64,000 nt of DNA from Candidatus Borrarchaeum weybense. Its GTDB lineage: Archaea; Asgardarchaeota; Sifarchaeia; Borrarchaeales; Borrarchaeaceae. The notes beneath the pieces are model-generated. The model saw only the letters and a program-made list of their open reading frames with translations. It was not told where the DNA came from and did not search any database. The stretch spans positions 448,001 to 512,000 of the forward strand of contig JAHQJS010000004.1 of NCBI GenBank assembly GCA_019057385.1, read 5' to 3'. Positions 49,315 through 59,943 of this stretch are shown piece after piece. Numbering within the stretch: the first letter of the stretch is position 1; every line of letters begins with the position of its first letter. Position numbers and translations under genes: made by a program.

Positions 49315-50499
49315 ATGGCAAAAGCTAAAACTCTAGGTATGATGGGTGACTTCGCAGTCGCAGAAGCCGCTAAGTTGTGTAACCCAGATGTGATTGCAGC
49401 ATATCCAATTACACCTCAAACAATCATTGTTGAGCGACTCTCGGAGTTTGTGGCAGAAGGTGAACTAGATTGCGAGTATATTTGTGTTGAATCAGAACAC
49501 TCTGCTATGTCTGCGTGCTTTGGTGCGTCAGCAACGGGTGCAAGAGTATTTACTGCCACTGCGTCGCAAGGACTGGCTCTTATGATTGAAATAGTCTATA
49601 TTGTCGCATCAGCCAGATTTCCAATTGTTATGGCAATTGCTGATCGCGCGCTTTCCGGTCCGATCAACATTCACTGCGATCATAGCGATGCCATGTTGGC
49701 ACGCGATTCTGGATGGATTCAGTTATTTGCAGAAGATTGTCAAGAAGCGTATGATACCACTATTCAGTCGTTCAAAATTGCTGAAGACAAACGGGTGTCA
49801 CTCCCAGTAATGCCCTGCTTGGACGGGTTCGTTTTAACGCATTCAATTGAGCCAGTTACAATACTCCCGATCGATGACGAAGAAACACTTGACGGATTCC
49901 TACCACTGCGTGACCCGCTTTATAAACTTGACATAGAGGCACCAATCGCTCAAGGACTGTTAGCACTTCCTGATTTCTTTATGGAGATCAAGCGTGGACA
50001 GCAGGAAGCTCACTTGAAATCCATAGATGTTGTCAAAGATGTAATTCAGGACTTTGGTGATAGATGGGGTCGTTATTATCCAGTTGTTGAGCCTTACCGA
50101 ATGGATGATGCTGAAGTAGCAGTTATAACGATAGGATCAGCTACAGGAACCGCAAGAGTTGCCGTCGATGTACTACGAGAGGAAGGTAAAAAGGTCGGAC
50201 TTGTGAAATTACGTTGTTTCAGACCATTTCCAGAAAAGGACTTACAGGCGGCGCTCAAAAATGTTCAAGCAGTCGGTGTATGTGACAGAGCAATTTCATT
50301 TGGAGCTACAGGACCATCTTATGCTGATGTAGCAGGTGCATTGTATGGTAGAGGACCGCTTCTTAAAAACTTCATTATCGGTCTAGGTGGTAAAGATATC
50401 ACAATTGATACTTTCAGAACAATATATGACAAACTGTATGCTGACTTAGCAAAAGGAGAAGTAGAAGAAAAAGTTGAATGGATAGGAATAAGAGAATGA
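49315..50499 (+). CDS. porA: PFOR alpha subunit
   Basis: AAYPITPQT, VESEHSA, TATASQG, GLGG.D. Confidence 0.9.
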   Translation: MAKAKTLGMMGDFAVAEAAKLCNPDVIAAYPITPQTIIVERLSEFVAEGELDCEYICVESEHSAMSACFGASATGARVFTATASQGLALMIEIVYIVASARFPIVMAIADRALSGPINIHCDHSDAMLARDSGWIQLFAEDCQEAYDTTIQSFKIAEDKRVSLPVMPCLDGFVLTHSIEPVTILPIDDEETLDGFLPLRDPLYKLDIEAPIAQGLLALPDFFMEIKRGQQEAHLKSIDVVKDVIQDFGDRWGRYYPVVEPYRMDDAEVAVITIGSATGTARVAVDVLREEGKKVGLVKLRCFRPFPEKDLQAALKNVQAVGVCDRAISFGATGPSYADVAGALYGRGPLLKNFIIGLGGKDITIDTFRTIYDKLYADLAKGEVEEKVEWIGIRE

Positions 50500-50509
50500 G
50501 GTGAAAAAT

Positions 50510-51481
50510 ATGGCAGATTATCCAAATCGTTTGGCAGATTTACCTAAAGAAGAACGTTCAGTCTCATCAGGACATCGACTTTGTACAGGATGTGCAGCAG
50601 GCACAGTCGCCCGCCTTGTTGGGAAAGCAGTCCCTGATAAACCGTTGATGTGGGTGAATGCCACGTGCTGTATGGAAGTTGCAACAACGATCTATCCATT
50701 CGCAGCTTGGCACATCCCATGGATTCATAACGCTTTCGAAAATGCGGCAGCTACAGCGTCAGGTGTGCGTGCAGGACTTGATGTATTAATGAGGAAAGGT
50801 CGAATTCCACAACAGGACACGGAGGTCATTGCCATCGGTGGAGATGGTGGGACCTATGATATCGGTATTCAGGCAGTAAGTGGAGCAATTGAGCGGGGGC
50901 ATGACTTTGTTTATATCTGTTATGACAACGAAGCTTATATGAACACTGGTATTCAAAGAAGTGGTGCCACAATGCATGCCGCATGGACAACGACATCTCC
51001 AGCTGGAGAAGTGGTGCCTGGCAAAAAAGAATTTAAAAAACCGCTTTTGAGGATCGTTGCGGCTCATGGACTAGAATATTGCGCCACCGCGAGTGTATCT
51101 CATCCGCTTGACTTTGTCCGAAAGGTTAAGCGTGCAGTTGACGTCAAAGGGCCAGCTTTCGTGCATGTTATTCAGCCGTGCCTGAGAGGGTGGCGGTTCG
51201 AGACGTCCCAATCATTCCAAGTAGCGCGGTTAGCTGTTGAATCACGCTTCTTCCCACTTTACGAAGTGTACCATGGATACAAATTCGTCCTTAACTATCC
51301 CAATCCAGCGATGTCGAAAGTTCCTATCGAAGATTATCTAAACAAGCAAGGTAGACTAAGACATCTGTTTAGACCAGAGAAAAACCAAGAGATCATTGAT
51401 GTTATTCAGAACCACGTTGACCTAGAATGGAACAAACTTCTTGAACTTGCTGAATTCTCAGAGAAATCGGCAATCTATTAA
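50510..51481 (+). CDS. porB: PFOR beta subunit
   Basis: GHRLCTGC, GGDGG, YDNEAYMNTGIQRS, PC..GW. Confidence 0.9.
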   Translation: MADYPNRLADLPKEERSVSSGHRLCTGCAAGTVARLVGKAVPDKPLMWVNATCCMEVATTIYPFAAWHIPWIHNAFENAAATASGVRAGLDVLMRKGRIPQQDTEVIAIGGDGGTYDIGIQAVSGAIERGHDFVYICYDNEAYMNTGIQRSGATMHAAWTTTSPAGEVVPGKKEFKKPLLRIVAAHGLEYCATASVSHPLDFVRKVKRAVDVKGPAFVHVIQPCLRGWRFETSQSFQVARLAVESRFFPLYEVYHGYKFVLNYPNPAMSKVPIEDYLNKQGRLRHLFRPEKNQEIIDVIQNHVDLEWNKLLELAEFSEKSAIY

Positions 51482-51707
51482 CCTATACCTTCTTTTTTTA
51501 TTTCCATTTAAAAACTAATTTTTTCGTTTACTAGTTCTATAGTTTTGAACGGTCTTCTTACAGCATTTCTTTTTTTTAACTTTAAGTACGAAAAGCCTCA
51601 AGACAAAATATAAACTTCTGCAAAAAAGAATTCAGTCTATTCCCTTTAATGCTATGATGTTTTTTATATGTATCAAGTGATTAGTTATTCTACAAATTTA
51701 AAATCTA

Positions 51708-52046
51708 ATGAAATCAGTAGCAATAGGATGTCATTTCTTGAGCGAGAAAAAAATCAGCGATAAAAGAAGAAAAGAGAAGGCACTTAAAGAATTGAGGAAA
51801 TTACAAAAAGAAATGATAGATAAATTTTCTACATTGATTACAACAGCATTTGGTTTTGTTGTAGCGTTTGCTTGGAACGGTGCGTTTCAAGCAATCTTCC
51901 GTAACATCTTTGGAATAACCAATGAAGTAGTTCCTTCGGTAACATATGCGATAGTTGTGACCGTAATTGCAGTCATTGTAACAATCTGGATAAGCAAGCT
52001 AGCTAGAAGATATAAAACGATCGAACAACACATAGTAACAAGTTAA
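51708..52046 (+). CDS. Small 2-TM protein (DUF5654-like)
   Basis: 'LITTAFGFVVAFAWN.A', 'YAIVVT.IAV'. Confidence 0.65.
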   Translation: MKSVAIGCHFLSEKKISDKRRKEKALKELRKLQKEMIDKFSTLITTAFGFVVAFAWNGAFQAIFRNIFGITNEVVPSVTYAIVVTVIAVIVTIWISKLARRYKTIEQHIVTS

Positions 52047-52124
52047 AAAAGACTTGTTATAATTGATTGCATAGAAAAGAAAACGTATTATTGTCAACAA
52101 AATCCCTGATAGGAGGCTTTCGAT

Positions 52125-53066
52125 GTGATTACTATAATATCTGGTGGATTGCAAACGACCAAATTTTTAGAAGGGCTTTTACGAGTTATACCGCAAGAAA
52201 AACTTGGGATCATAGTTAACACTATGAATAATTTAGAAATTTTAGGATTGGATATCTATCCCGACCTAGAATATTTGTTATTTCTTTTAGCCGGTAAACT
52301 GGATATTCGATATTGGGAGACCATCCAAAATGATACTTATAGTTTTATGAACGCCTTATCTTATTTGACGAACAAAGAAGACCTATGGTTTCGTTTTGGC
52401 GACACACTCATTACTCAAATCATCTTCCGCGAGCATCTTATGACTAAAGGTGCATTCTTTTCAGAAGCAATCACCATAATTGCCGAAAAACTTGGTATTA
52501 AAGCAAGAGTTCTTCCAATGACAGACGCCAAAGTTATTTTCCAAGTGATTACCGATCAAGGGAATTTATCCTTTATGGAATACCGCAATAAGGAACTTCA
52601 AGGAATCATAAAAGAAGTAAAAAAGATTGAATACGTTGGGATCGATAAGGCGGAAGTACATCCCAAAATAAAGGATACACTGTCTAACAGTGATGCAATA
52701 ATCATAGGTCCAAGTAATCCTCCGTTAAACATCGAGCCTATGCTTGCTTTTGAGGAGATTAAAAATACGATTGAAAAATCAGGTGGTAATGTTATTGCGA
52801 TAAGCCCTGTCTTAGGTGATGAACCGATTGATCAACCTATGAGGAGGCTTATGGAGGAAGCCCTAGGAATTGGTACATCAATTCTCGATATTGTTGAACA
52901 TTATCCAGGTCTCATAGATACACTAATTATAGATGAATCTGACGAAGAGCATAAAGAAAAACTTGAGGAGATGGGCATGGAGGTAATCGTAACAACGGTC
53001 AAACTTAGTTCCCAAGAAAATAGAATAAAGTTAGCTGAAATCGTCTCAAAACTACTGGAAACTTAG
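52125..53066 (+). CDS. CofD (2-phospho-L-lactate transferase)-like protein with degenerate motifs
   Basis: ISGG, IVNT, PDL, LPMTD, IIGPSNP, AISP, all co-linear with CofD. Confidence 0.75.
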   Translation: MITIISGGLQTTKFLEGLLRVIPQEKLGIIVNTMNNLEILGLDIYPDLEYLLFLLAGKLDIRYWETIQNDTYSFMNALSYLTNKEDLWFRFGDTLITQIIFREHLMTKGAFFSEAITIIAEKLGIKARVLPMTDAKVIFQVITDQGNLSFMEYRNKELQGIIKEVKKIEYVGIDKAEVHPKIKDTLSNSDAIIIGPSNPPLNIEPMLAFEEIKNTIEKSGGNVIAISPVLGDEPIDQPMRRLMEEALGIGTSILDIVEHYPGLIDTLIIDESDEEHKEKLEEMGMEVIVTTVKLSSQENRIKLAEIVSKLLET

Positions 53067-53221
53067 CGATCTATGACGCCAATTTGTTAGAAACGGTATG
53101 GATGATTAGAATTTGAACTTAGTTTAGTAAAAAGCGTAATATGCTCTTAGCTCTTCATTTGATCTATGATATTCTTATTAAAAAAATTAGTATAATATAC
53201 AGTTTGGAGGATTGGAAAATA

Positions 53222-53476
53222 ATGATTATTAAAAAAAGAGACGGAAAGAAGGAACGGTTTATTCCTGAAAAAATTTTAGTGAGTTCTATAAAAGCAGGAG
53301 CTCCTCCTGAAGTTGCTCGAGAAATTGCGAAAAAAATTGAAGCACAACTCTCAGGTCTAAATGAAATGAGCACGACAGAACTTCGTGATATGATCTTAAA
53401 TATGCTGAGTGAAAAAAACCCAGAATGGAAAGAAAATTGGGTAGCATATGATAGGTCAGTTAAGAAAAGGAGATAA
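53222..53476 (+). CDS. Stand-alone ATP-cone domain protein
   Basis: 'IIKKRDGKKERF.PEKI..S..KAG'. Confidence 0.85.
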   Translation: MIIKKRDGKKERFIPEKILVSSIKAGAPPEVAREIAKKIEAQLSGLNEMSTTELRDMILNMLSEKNPEWKENWVAYDRSVKKRR

Positions 53477-53605
53477 GAACTTTCTTAGTTATCAAATTTC
53501 TTTTCTTAAATGAAATAGATAACTAGAGTTAGTGATATCTGAACCATTAATGACAAGAAGTATTCTATTTTACCTTTTCGGAAGCAAAAATAAGGCCTGT
53601 CACTG

Positions 53606-54688
53606 TCATAACCACTTTTTCATCCGAAAATAAATTGTCATTACGAGACCTAAAGCAAACATCATAAGTAATGTGAATGGATAACCAAACTGCCATTCCA
53701 GCTCTGGCATAAGCTTAAAGTTCATTCCATAAATACCCGCAATTAGCGTTAAAGGGATAAATATTGTAGCAATAATCGTCAGTACTTTCATAACTTCGTT
53801 CATTTTATTACTGATACTTGAAAGATAAATATCAAACATTCCAGAAAGCATGTCACGGTATGTTTCTACGGCATCGATTACCTGAATTGTATGATCATAA
53901 ACATCTCTAAGATATATGTCAGTAGATTCACGAATAAGAGGGTTCTCTAATCTTTCCAATCTACTGATTACCTCTCTTAAAGGCCAAACTGACTTACGTA
54001 ACGCTATCATCTCTCTTTTTAATTTATGGAGCTGGTGCAAAGTTTCGGAGGTAGGATTTTCAACCAATTCTTCTTCTAAAAATTCAATCGTCTCTCCAAC
54101 TTTTTCTAGAATGATGAAATAGTTATCAACAATAGTATCTAACAAAGTATAAGCAAGATAATCTGATCCTTGTTTTCTAATACGGCCTACCAAATTTCTA
54201 ATTCGTTCTCTAATTGGGTCAAAAACATCAGTTGGCTGTTCCTGAAAGGAAATAACGAAATTTGAGCCAAGAATTAAACTGATCTGCTCTATTTTTATTT
54301 CATTTTCTTCATAATAAAGCATTTTCAAAACAACAAAGATGTAACTTTCAAAATCATCTATTTTTGGACGTTGTTCTGTATTTAAAATGTCCTCAAGAAT
54401 GAGAGGGTGTATTTCAAAATGGTTTCCTAATTTTTCTATGATCTCTACTTCATGAATGCCATCAATGTTTATCCATGTTACAGTTGGAGTATCTTTAAAG
54501 GGAAAACATTCTTCAATCGTCTTAACTTCCTTCTCCTGAAATTGGGTTTCATCGTAGTCAAAGTATGATATCTTAATTTTTTCAACTCTTTTCTCTCCGA
54601 CGTGAACTGGAGTTCCTGGTGGAAGTCCTGCCTTTTTTGATCTTTTCCTTAATTTGGGTACTTTCATTTTCTCTCTGAGTCTAGACAT
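53606..54688 (-). CDS. corA: Magnesium/cobalt transporter CorA
   Basis: GIYGMNF..MPEL, QRPK. Confidence 0.95.
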   Translation of the reverse strand: MSRLREKMKVPKLRKRSKKAGLPPGTPVHVGEKRVEKIKISYFDYDETQFQEKEVKTIEECFPFKDTPTVTWINIDGIHEVEIIEKLGNHFEIHPLILEDILNTEQRPKIDDFESYIFVVLKMLYYEENEIKIEQISLILGSNFVISFQEQPTDVFDPIRERIRNLVGRIRKQGSDYLAYTLLDTIVDNYFIILEKVGETIEFLEEELVENPTSETLHQLHKLKREMIALRKSVWPLREVISRLERLENPLIRESTDIYLRDVYDHTIQVIDAVETYRDMLSGMFDIYLSSISNKMNEVMKVLTIIATIFIPLTLIAGIYGMNFKLMPELEWQFGYPFTLLMMFALGLVMTIYFRMKKWL

Positions 54689-55051
54689 TACAACCCCCTT
54701 CTATTCAACGAGCGTCTCATTTTAAATCAACTTCGTGAAATTATGATTCAATCATTTACTAACGAGACGAGACTAATAAAGCTGTTTTTAATTTCTATTC
54801 ATTCATGTTTCAAAGAAAATGTTGAACTGGGCTCTTAATTTGTTCAAACAAAATGCAAATTTCCCTGACTAAACTAATTCTAACATACCGAAACCTAATG
54901 TTTTTAAATAGATTTTCTACAGACATGCAATAAAACCAATTAATTTTACTTATTTGGTTTTTGACTATTGACGCATAAAAGAGGTCTTTTAATTCCTTGC
55001 ATCCCACCTCATAAAAAGAGATTTTATTAGAAAAACGTGGAAGGTGATTAC

Positions 55052-55876
55052 ATGCAAACAGCATTTGAAAATTTGTTAGATCCTATTGCTGCTATTAGTT
55101 CAGTAATAATTCAAAATCTACCGAATCTTATTCTTGCCTTTATTATCCTTATAGCCACTGCTATTATACTGCCAATTGTCAAAAGATCGATACGGAGAGC
55201 TGGAGACCGCTCACATTTACCAAGAGATGTAATTTCAACTATAAATAAATTAGTTCAATGGACCATCCTTTTGGTCGTATTCATTATAATCTTGAATATA
55301 TTTGGTTTGCAACAATTTTGGCTAGCCACGGTTATTCCAATTATATTCGGTACAGTTATTGGTTTTGCCTCTATTGCAACAATTGGAAACATGATTGCTG
55401 GGATCATTATTATGTTCACTAGGCCCTTTAAAATCGGTGATTTAATCCAAATGGGCGAGGATATCGCAGAGGTAAAAGAAATTACAATTATTTACACAAA
55501 GGTCGAAAAGGGAGAAGGTTTATTGTATATTCCTAATGCTGATTTTCTAAGAAATAAGTTCATAAATTATGATCAAAAACCCGCGATAATTCGAACGATT
55601 ACCTTTACAGCGGGATATGAAATTGATACTACTATGATAGAATCAATTGTGCTCAAAGCGGTTAAAGATGTTGAAGGTGTTCTAGAAAATCCTTCCCCTG
55701 TTATAAGAACAGATCTGTTTCAAGACTTCGCTCAACAATATAAACTGATTTATAATATTAAAGACTTTAGACAGAGAGGACGCATTGAAGGCGACATTCG
55801 CAGAAACATAGTCAAAGCATTTAAAGAAAATGGCATTGATTTACCGACAAGTCATCTTGTAAGTCTAACTCAATAG
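55052..55876 (+). CDS. MscS-family mechanosensitive channel
   Basis: IGFA, N.IAG, RPFKIGD, YIPN. Confidence 0.85.
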   Translation: MQTAFENLLDPIAAISSVIIQNLPNLILAFIILIATAIILPIVKRSIRRAGDRSHLPRDVISTINKLVQWTILLVVFIIILNIFGLQQFWLATVIPIIFGTVIGFASIATIGNMIAGIIIMFTRPFKIGDLIQMGEDIAEVKEITIIYTKVEKGEGLLYIPNADFLRNKFINYDQKPAIIRTITFTAGYEIDTTMIESIVLKAVKDVEGVLENPSPVIRTDLFQDFAQQYKLIYNIKDFRQRGRIEGDIRRNIVKAFKENGIDLPTSHLVSLTQ

Positions 55877-55906
55877 ACTAACCTCATCGCTTTAGCGTGA
55901 TGGAGC

Positions 55907-56857
55907 TCACTTTGGGAATCCAACAATATCTATGGTCGCAGAAGCTATTTTAATTCTCTCATTTTTTTGAATTTCTTCCAGAATCTTTTGGCTTAATTTG
56001 TGACGCAACGATCTTCTTTTTTTTGCTTCCGTCACATATCTGATATTAAAAGATATCCAATTATCTGTCAGTTTTAGAAATATATTGGGTTCAACAATGC
56101 GCTTTTCTATGTAGTATATCTCTTCGAGTTGTTCGATTTCTTTTTCTGCTTTTTCTGCTAAATGTTTTGTAAGTTCTCTGACGGCAGTCATAATTGTGTC
56201 ATATGCTTCCTTCCAATCACTATCATAGGTGATAGGGATCATAATTTCATCCCAGATAAAGCTATGGTCTTTAGTAAAGTTGTAAATAGTACTTGATAAA
56301 ACGTAGCTATTTGGAATTATTGCCAACCTGCCTGTTGGTTGATCTCCATCCACCCATCCTTGTATTTCAAGAATAGTAGTGTATAAAATATGAATATCAA
56401 TTACGTCACCTACAATCTTCTGGATTTCAATTCTATCTCCCACAGTGTAAAGTCTATTCACGTAGATGATTATTCCGCCTGCAAGGCTCTTAAACAGATC
56501 TTGTAGAGCGATAGCGATACCAGCGGCAACAACACCATAAGCAACAAAAAGAGTTTGCGGTTGTTCTATCCATATTGTAGTTAAAACAACTAGAAATGCC
56601 AAAATATATAGAATTGAAACAATTTTTTTGAAGGAATACTTGGTTTTAGTTTCTTTTATTTGTTTGACAACAGCTTCTTCAATAATTACCCTAAATATTA
56701 TATAAATGATACCAAATGCAAGCACTGTATAAAATGCATTTAAAAGATATATCTTAGGAAAAGCAAATAATAACGATATCGTTGTATATAAAAGATTTGC
56801 CAACCAGAGTAAAATCGTTCCTATGATCCATAGTATTACTATAATCGCCTTTTTCAT
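55907..56857 (-). CDS. MscS-family mechanosensitive channel
   Basis: IAIALQD, VGDRIEI, TGR..IPNS. Confidence 0.85.
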   Translation of the reverse strand: MKKAIIVILWIIGTILLWLANLLYTTISLLFAFPKIYLLNAFYTVLAFGIIYIIFRVIIEEAVVKQIKETKTKYSFKKIVSILYILAFLVVLTTIWIEQPQTLFVAYGVVAAGIAIALQDLFKSLAGGIIIYVNRLYTVGDRIEIQKIVGDVIDIHILYTTILEIQGWVDGDQPTGRLAIIPNSYVLSSTIYNFTKDHSFIWDEIMIPITYDSDWKEAYDTIMTAVRELTKHLAEKAEKEIEQLEEIYYIEKRIVEPNIFLKLTDNWISFNIRYVTEAKKRRSLRHKLSQKILEEIQKNERIKIASATIDIVGFPK

Positions 56858-57236
56858 GTATTGCCAGTATTCATCGTTTTTATATTAAATGCTTTTGCTA
56901 TTTCAATTGCAAGCGGTTTCTGGTTTAAACAAATATGCTAACAAGATTATAATAAGCTAAAGAAGTCATTGTGTTAGTATCTTGTCAATGTAACTCCCGT
57001 GGTGACCTCATGCTAATTCTTGTTGGCGTGCTAGAATGTTTTGGCTGATATTCGCCATATCATAGATTATATAGACATCTTGTTGATGTTGCAAGCGGAA
57101 TTCTGTTTCATTCAAAATCTCGACCTAAAACCGTTCAAATCGGAAATCAACTGTCTTGAAATGCACATACCACAAGGGATAAATTATAGAATCTACAAAA
57201 AACGGTGCAAAAAATAGTTTATGGAGTGAATAAGAC

Positions 57237-57602
57237 ATGGCTAGAGAAAGACCATTGGGCGTTACTCTTTTAGCAATTGTAGTCTATATTGTCGGCATTA
57301 TAGTCTTAGTTCGAGGTTTAATCTTCGTGGGGTTAGTAAGTTTCGCACTACTTACGACACCATCATGGGCGTTAGGCAATGAAGTGATTCTCGGAATTGG
57401 TTGGATATTCCTAGCGCTTGTTGTGATGGCTGTAGGCAGCGCATTATGGTATATGAAGAAGTGGGCTTGGTTTGCCACTACAATATTCGCAGTGATCGGT
57501 GTAATACTTTCAGGAGCAGGCTTACCTGCAACTTGGCTCACATTTGGGGCATTTCTGGTTTTACTAATATACCTCATATTTGCAATTAGATATTTCAGGT
57601 AA
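57237..57602 (+). CDS. Small 4-TM membrane protein
   Basis: 'RPLGVTLLAI', 'LW.MKKWAW'. Confidence 0.65.
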   Translation: MARERPLGVTLLAIVVYIVGIIVLVRGLIFVGLVSFALLTTPSWALGNEVILGIGWIFLALVVMAVGSALWYMKKWAWFATTIFAVIGVILSGAGLPATWLTFGAFLVLLIYLIFAIRYFR

Positions 57603-57782
57603 AACAAACCGAGCTAACAAGATAATGATATACTATTTTTTTTTTAATTACCAATAACAACTAATTATCAGTAATGTAGATAAACTAAATACCAAGTTAA
57701 GAAGCTTTTAATAGTTGAATCTATGCATATTTTTATAATGTATAAATTTCTATGAAAAAATAAGAATAAGGAGCGACAAACA

Positions 57783-59921
57783 ATGTCTTTTAAGGAAGTC
57801 GATGAGAAGGAAAGCGAAGAAGAGGAAGAAGAAGAGGAAGAAGAACTTGAAAAACGAAGAGCACCACCAAAACCTGTGACAAAGGAATATGTTCCAAAGG
57901 TTAAGGAAGGAACACTTTTATTCGAAGTGCCACGAGGGAGAGTAGTTGCTGATCTTAAAGAAGAAGACCTTGAACTTATTGCCGAGAAAGATGTAACCCC
58001 AGCTTGGAAAAAGGCTGGCGAATCAAATGAAAAAAGAGTTCTAGTGATCAACTCTGAGACCGCGAGTGCTGTATTTAAGGCAGATGGCACGGTTGAAAAA
58101 ACAGAAGCAACAGGTCTTATAGGTTTTTACAATCCGAACAAGAAAAATAGAGTTTGGGATATCGATAGCTATTGGGAAAACCTTGCCAAGACCAATTTAG
58201 CCGCTAGAGACGGCTTATGCCACATTGATGTCTATGAACTTGAACCTGGTGAATTTCGTGCTAAATCGTACGCTTTAAAGGAAGTAGAACCTTTACTAAC
58301 GCTTAACGTATCCGTAAACACAACCCCTGGAAAGGAAAAGGGACCTAATGTCCTAATAAAAGATAAAGAAACTGTTGCCGAAGTAACGGTTACAGCTACC
58401 AATGTATCAAAAACAAAGTTAGAAAATATAACAGTCGAAAAAGACTTGGGTGGATTTGGAAGCGCGAGTGATGCAAAAGCCAAGGCAGGCACCACCAAAC
58501 TAGAAGACAAAAAAGTTGTGTGGTCAGGGTTAAGTTTAGATCCTAATGGCGCTCAATCAATGACCTTTAAAGTTCCAATGAGTGCAAAAACGATAGATCC
58601 TCTAAAACTAGGTGATATCACTGCCAGCTATGTAGCGCCCGATATGACGATATCAGGTATTGCATTTATGGGATCGGATGGTTACACCAAAAACGTGACC
58701 TGGATCGATAAGGATGAGATGGATATGAGTCCCGGTCGCTGGAACTGTGCGGTCGAGTTCGAAAACCTGTCCACCTTTGAAGTCTTGCTTCGTGAAGTGG
58801 AGGTCTATCGCCAGACAGCCGAAGAACACATCTTCAAGAAACGCTCGGATAAACGGCAACAACTGATAGTTGACGAGGAGCGCCTTGACATAACGCTTAG
58901 CCCGGATACTGAGAATAAATGGACCAAAAGCTTTGTGTTCCCGGATCCAAAAGAAGAACCGATTATGAAACTGCCCAGTTTTGGTCAAAAAGTTGATTTC
59001 TCAGTCAAAAGCATGTTTCTGAGGGAACTCACTGGCTCTGTAGTACAATACGGTGGTGTAGTTACCATCGCAGATATGGAAGTAGAAAAGGCGTATAGAC
59101 TAAAGGAAGTTAGCGCTGCCGAAAAAAAGGCGAATGTAACAACATTAAAGGCATGCAATACTGGTTCAGCACCATTAGATGACTTAACTTTCAATGAAAC
59201 GATCCCTCCCGGCTTTGATGTTGACCCAGGTACTGTAAAAGCATATATTGTTCGACCAGGTGCAGATAAAGTAGATATTACAAGATCAATAAGGACTACG
59301 CCCCCAAGAGAGAAAGATCTTAAGAAGGAAAGAAAATTAACCATTTTACTTGAGAACGTCAATAAAGCAGACGCAATCCGTGCAATCAAGCCAAAAGAGT
59401 GCATTGAGATAAACTATGATCTTCAACCAATGTCTCCTGAGCCCGGCAAAGAATTTACTTCAAAAGTTGATGTAATAGGTAATGTTTTGGTACCGTTTCC
59501 AGCAGGAGAAGAACTACGTGCTAGTGCAGAAGATAAGATTGGCGTAAAGCCATATGTCTGGCGTAAGGTACGTGTTGGAAAATCTATCCAAGAAGGTGCG
59601 ACCAAAGGCGAATATGCAATTGCGATATACTACAAGAATAAAATGAAGCCTGGGGAACTTGCACTAGTGACTGATGATGAGGCAAGCTTGCCCGATATTA
59701 GTGTCAAGGATATCCTGCCTGAAGGCTTTAAATTGGTATCAAGTACTCCAGCAGTTACCGATCAAAAACCGAGGCTAATTGAAGGTAAAAGCTTTACTGT
59801 CTTAGAATGGGCCATTCAAGATATCCGACCCGATCAAATGGTGGAGATTAAATATTTCATTAAAGGCGAGCCTGGGGCTGTATATAAAGCCAAAGAAGCA
59901 CAAGCGCTTCTTACTGCGTAA
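57783..59921 (+). CDS. Cytoplasmic beta-sandwich protein: putative mu-homology (adaptin mu/delta-COP-like) domain plus Ig-like repeats
   Basis: Acidic N-terminus with no signal peptide; 'E.ASAVFKADG.V...E..G.I', 'LENITVE', 'VVW', 'ITASY..P..TISG'. Confidence 0.5.
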   Translation: MSFKEVDEKESEEEEEEEEEELEKRRAPPKPVTKEYVPKVKEGTLLFEVPRGRVVADLKEEDLELIAEKDVTPAWKKAGESNEKRVLVINSETASAVFKADGTVEKTEATGLIGFYNPNKKNRVWDIDSYWENLAKTNLAARDGLCHIDVYELEPGEFRAKSYALKEVEPLLTLNVSVNTTPGKEKGPNVLIKDKETVAEVTVTATNVSKTKLENITVEKDLGGFGSASDAKAKAGTTKLEDKKVVWSGLSLDPNGAQSMTFKVPMSAKTIDPLKLGDITASYVAPDMTISGIAFMGSDGYTKNVTWIDKDEMDMSPGRWNCAVEFENLSTFEVLLREVEVYRQTAEEHIFKKRSDKRQQLIVDEERLDITLSPDTENKWTKSFVFPDPKEEPIMKLPSFGQKVDFSVKSMFLRELTGSVVQYGGVVTIADMEVEKAYRLKEVSAAEKKANVTTLKACNTGSAPLDDLTFNETIPPGFDVDPGTVKAYIVRPGADKVDITRSIRTTPPREKDLKKERKLTILLENVNKADAIRAIKPKECIEINYDLQPMSPEPGKEFTSKVDVIGNVLVPFPAGEELRASAEDKIGVKPYVWRKVRVGKSIQEGATKGEYAIAIYYKNKMKPGELALVTDDEASLPDISVKDILPEGFKLVSSTPAVTDQKPRLIEGKSFTVLEWAIQDIRPDQMVEIKYFIKGEPGAVYKAKEAQALLTA

Positions 59922-59943
59922 TTGTACCCCCTCACATTTTTTT

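Noticed and set aside
56860-57230. Possible ncRNA or gene relic in this intergenic gap (likewise 9830-10190 and 14440-15030)
   Set aside because: I could support no recognisable motif, stable structure or homologous frame.
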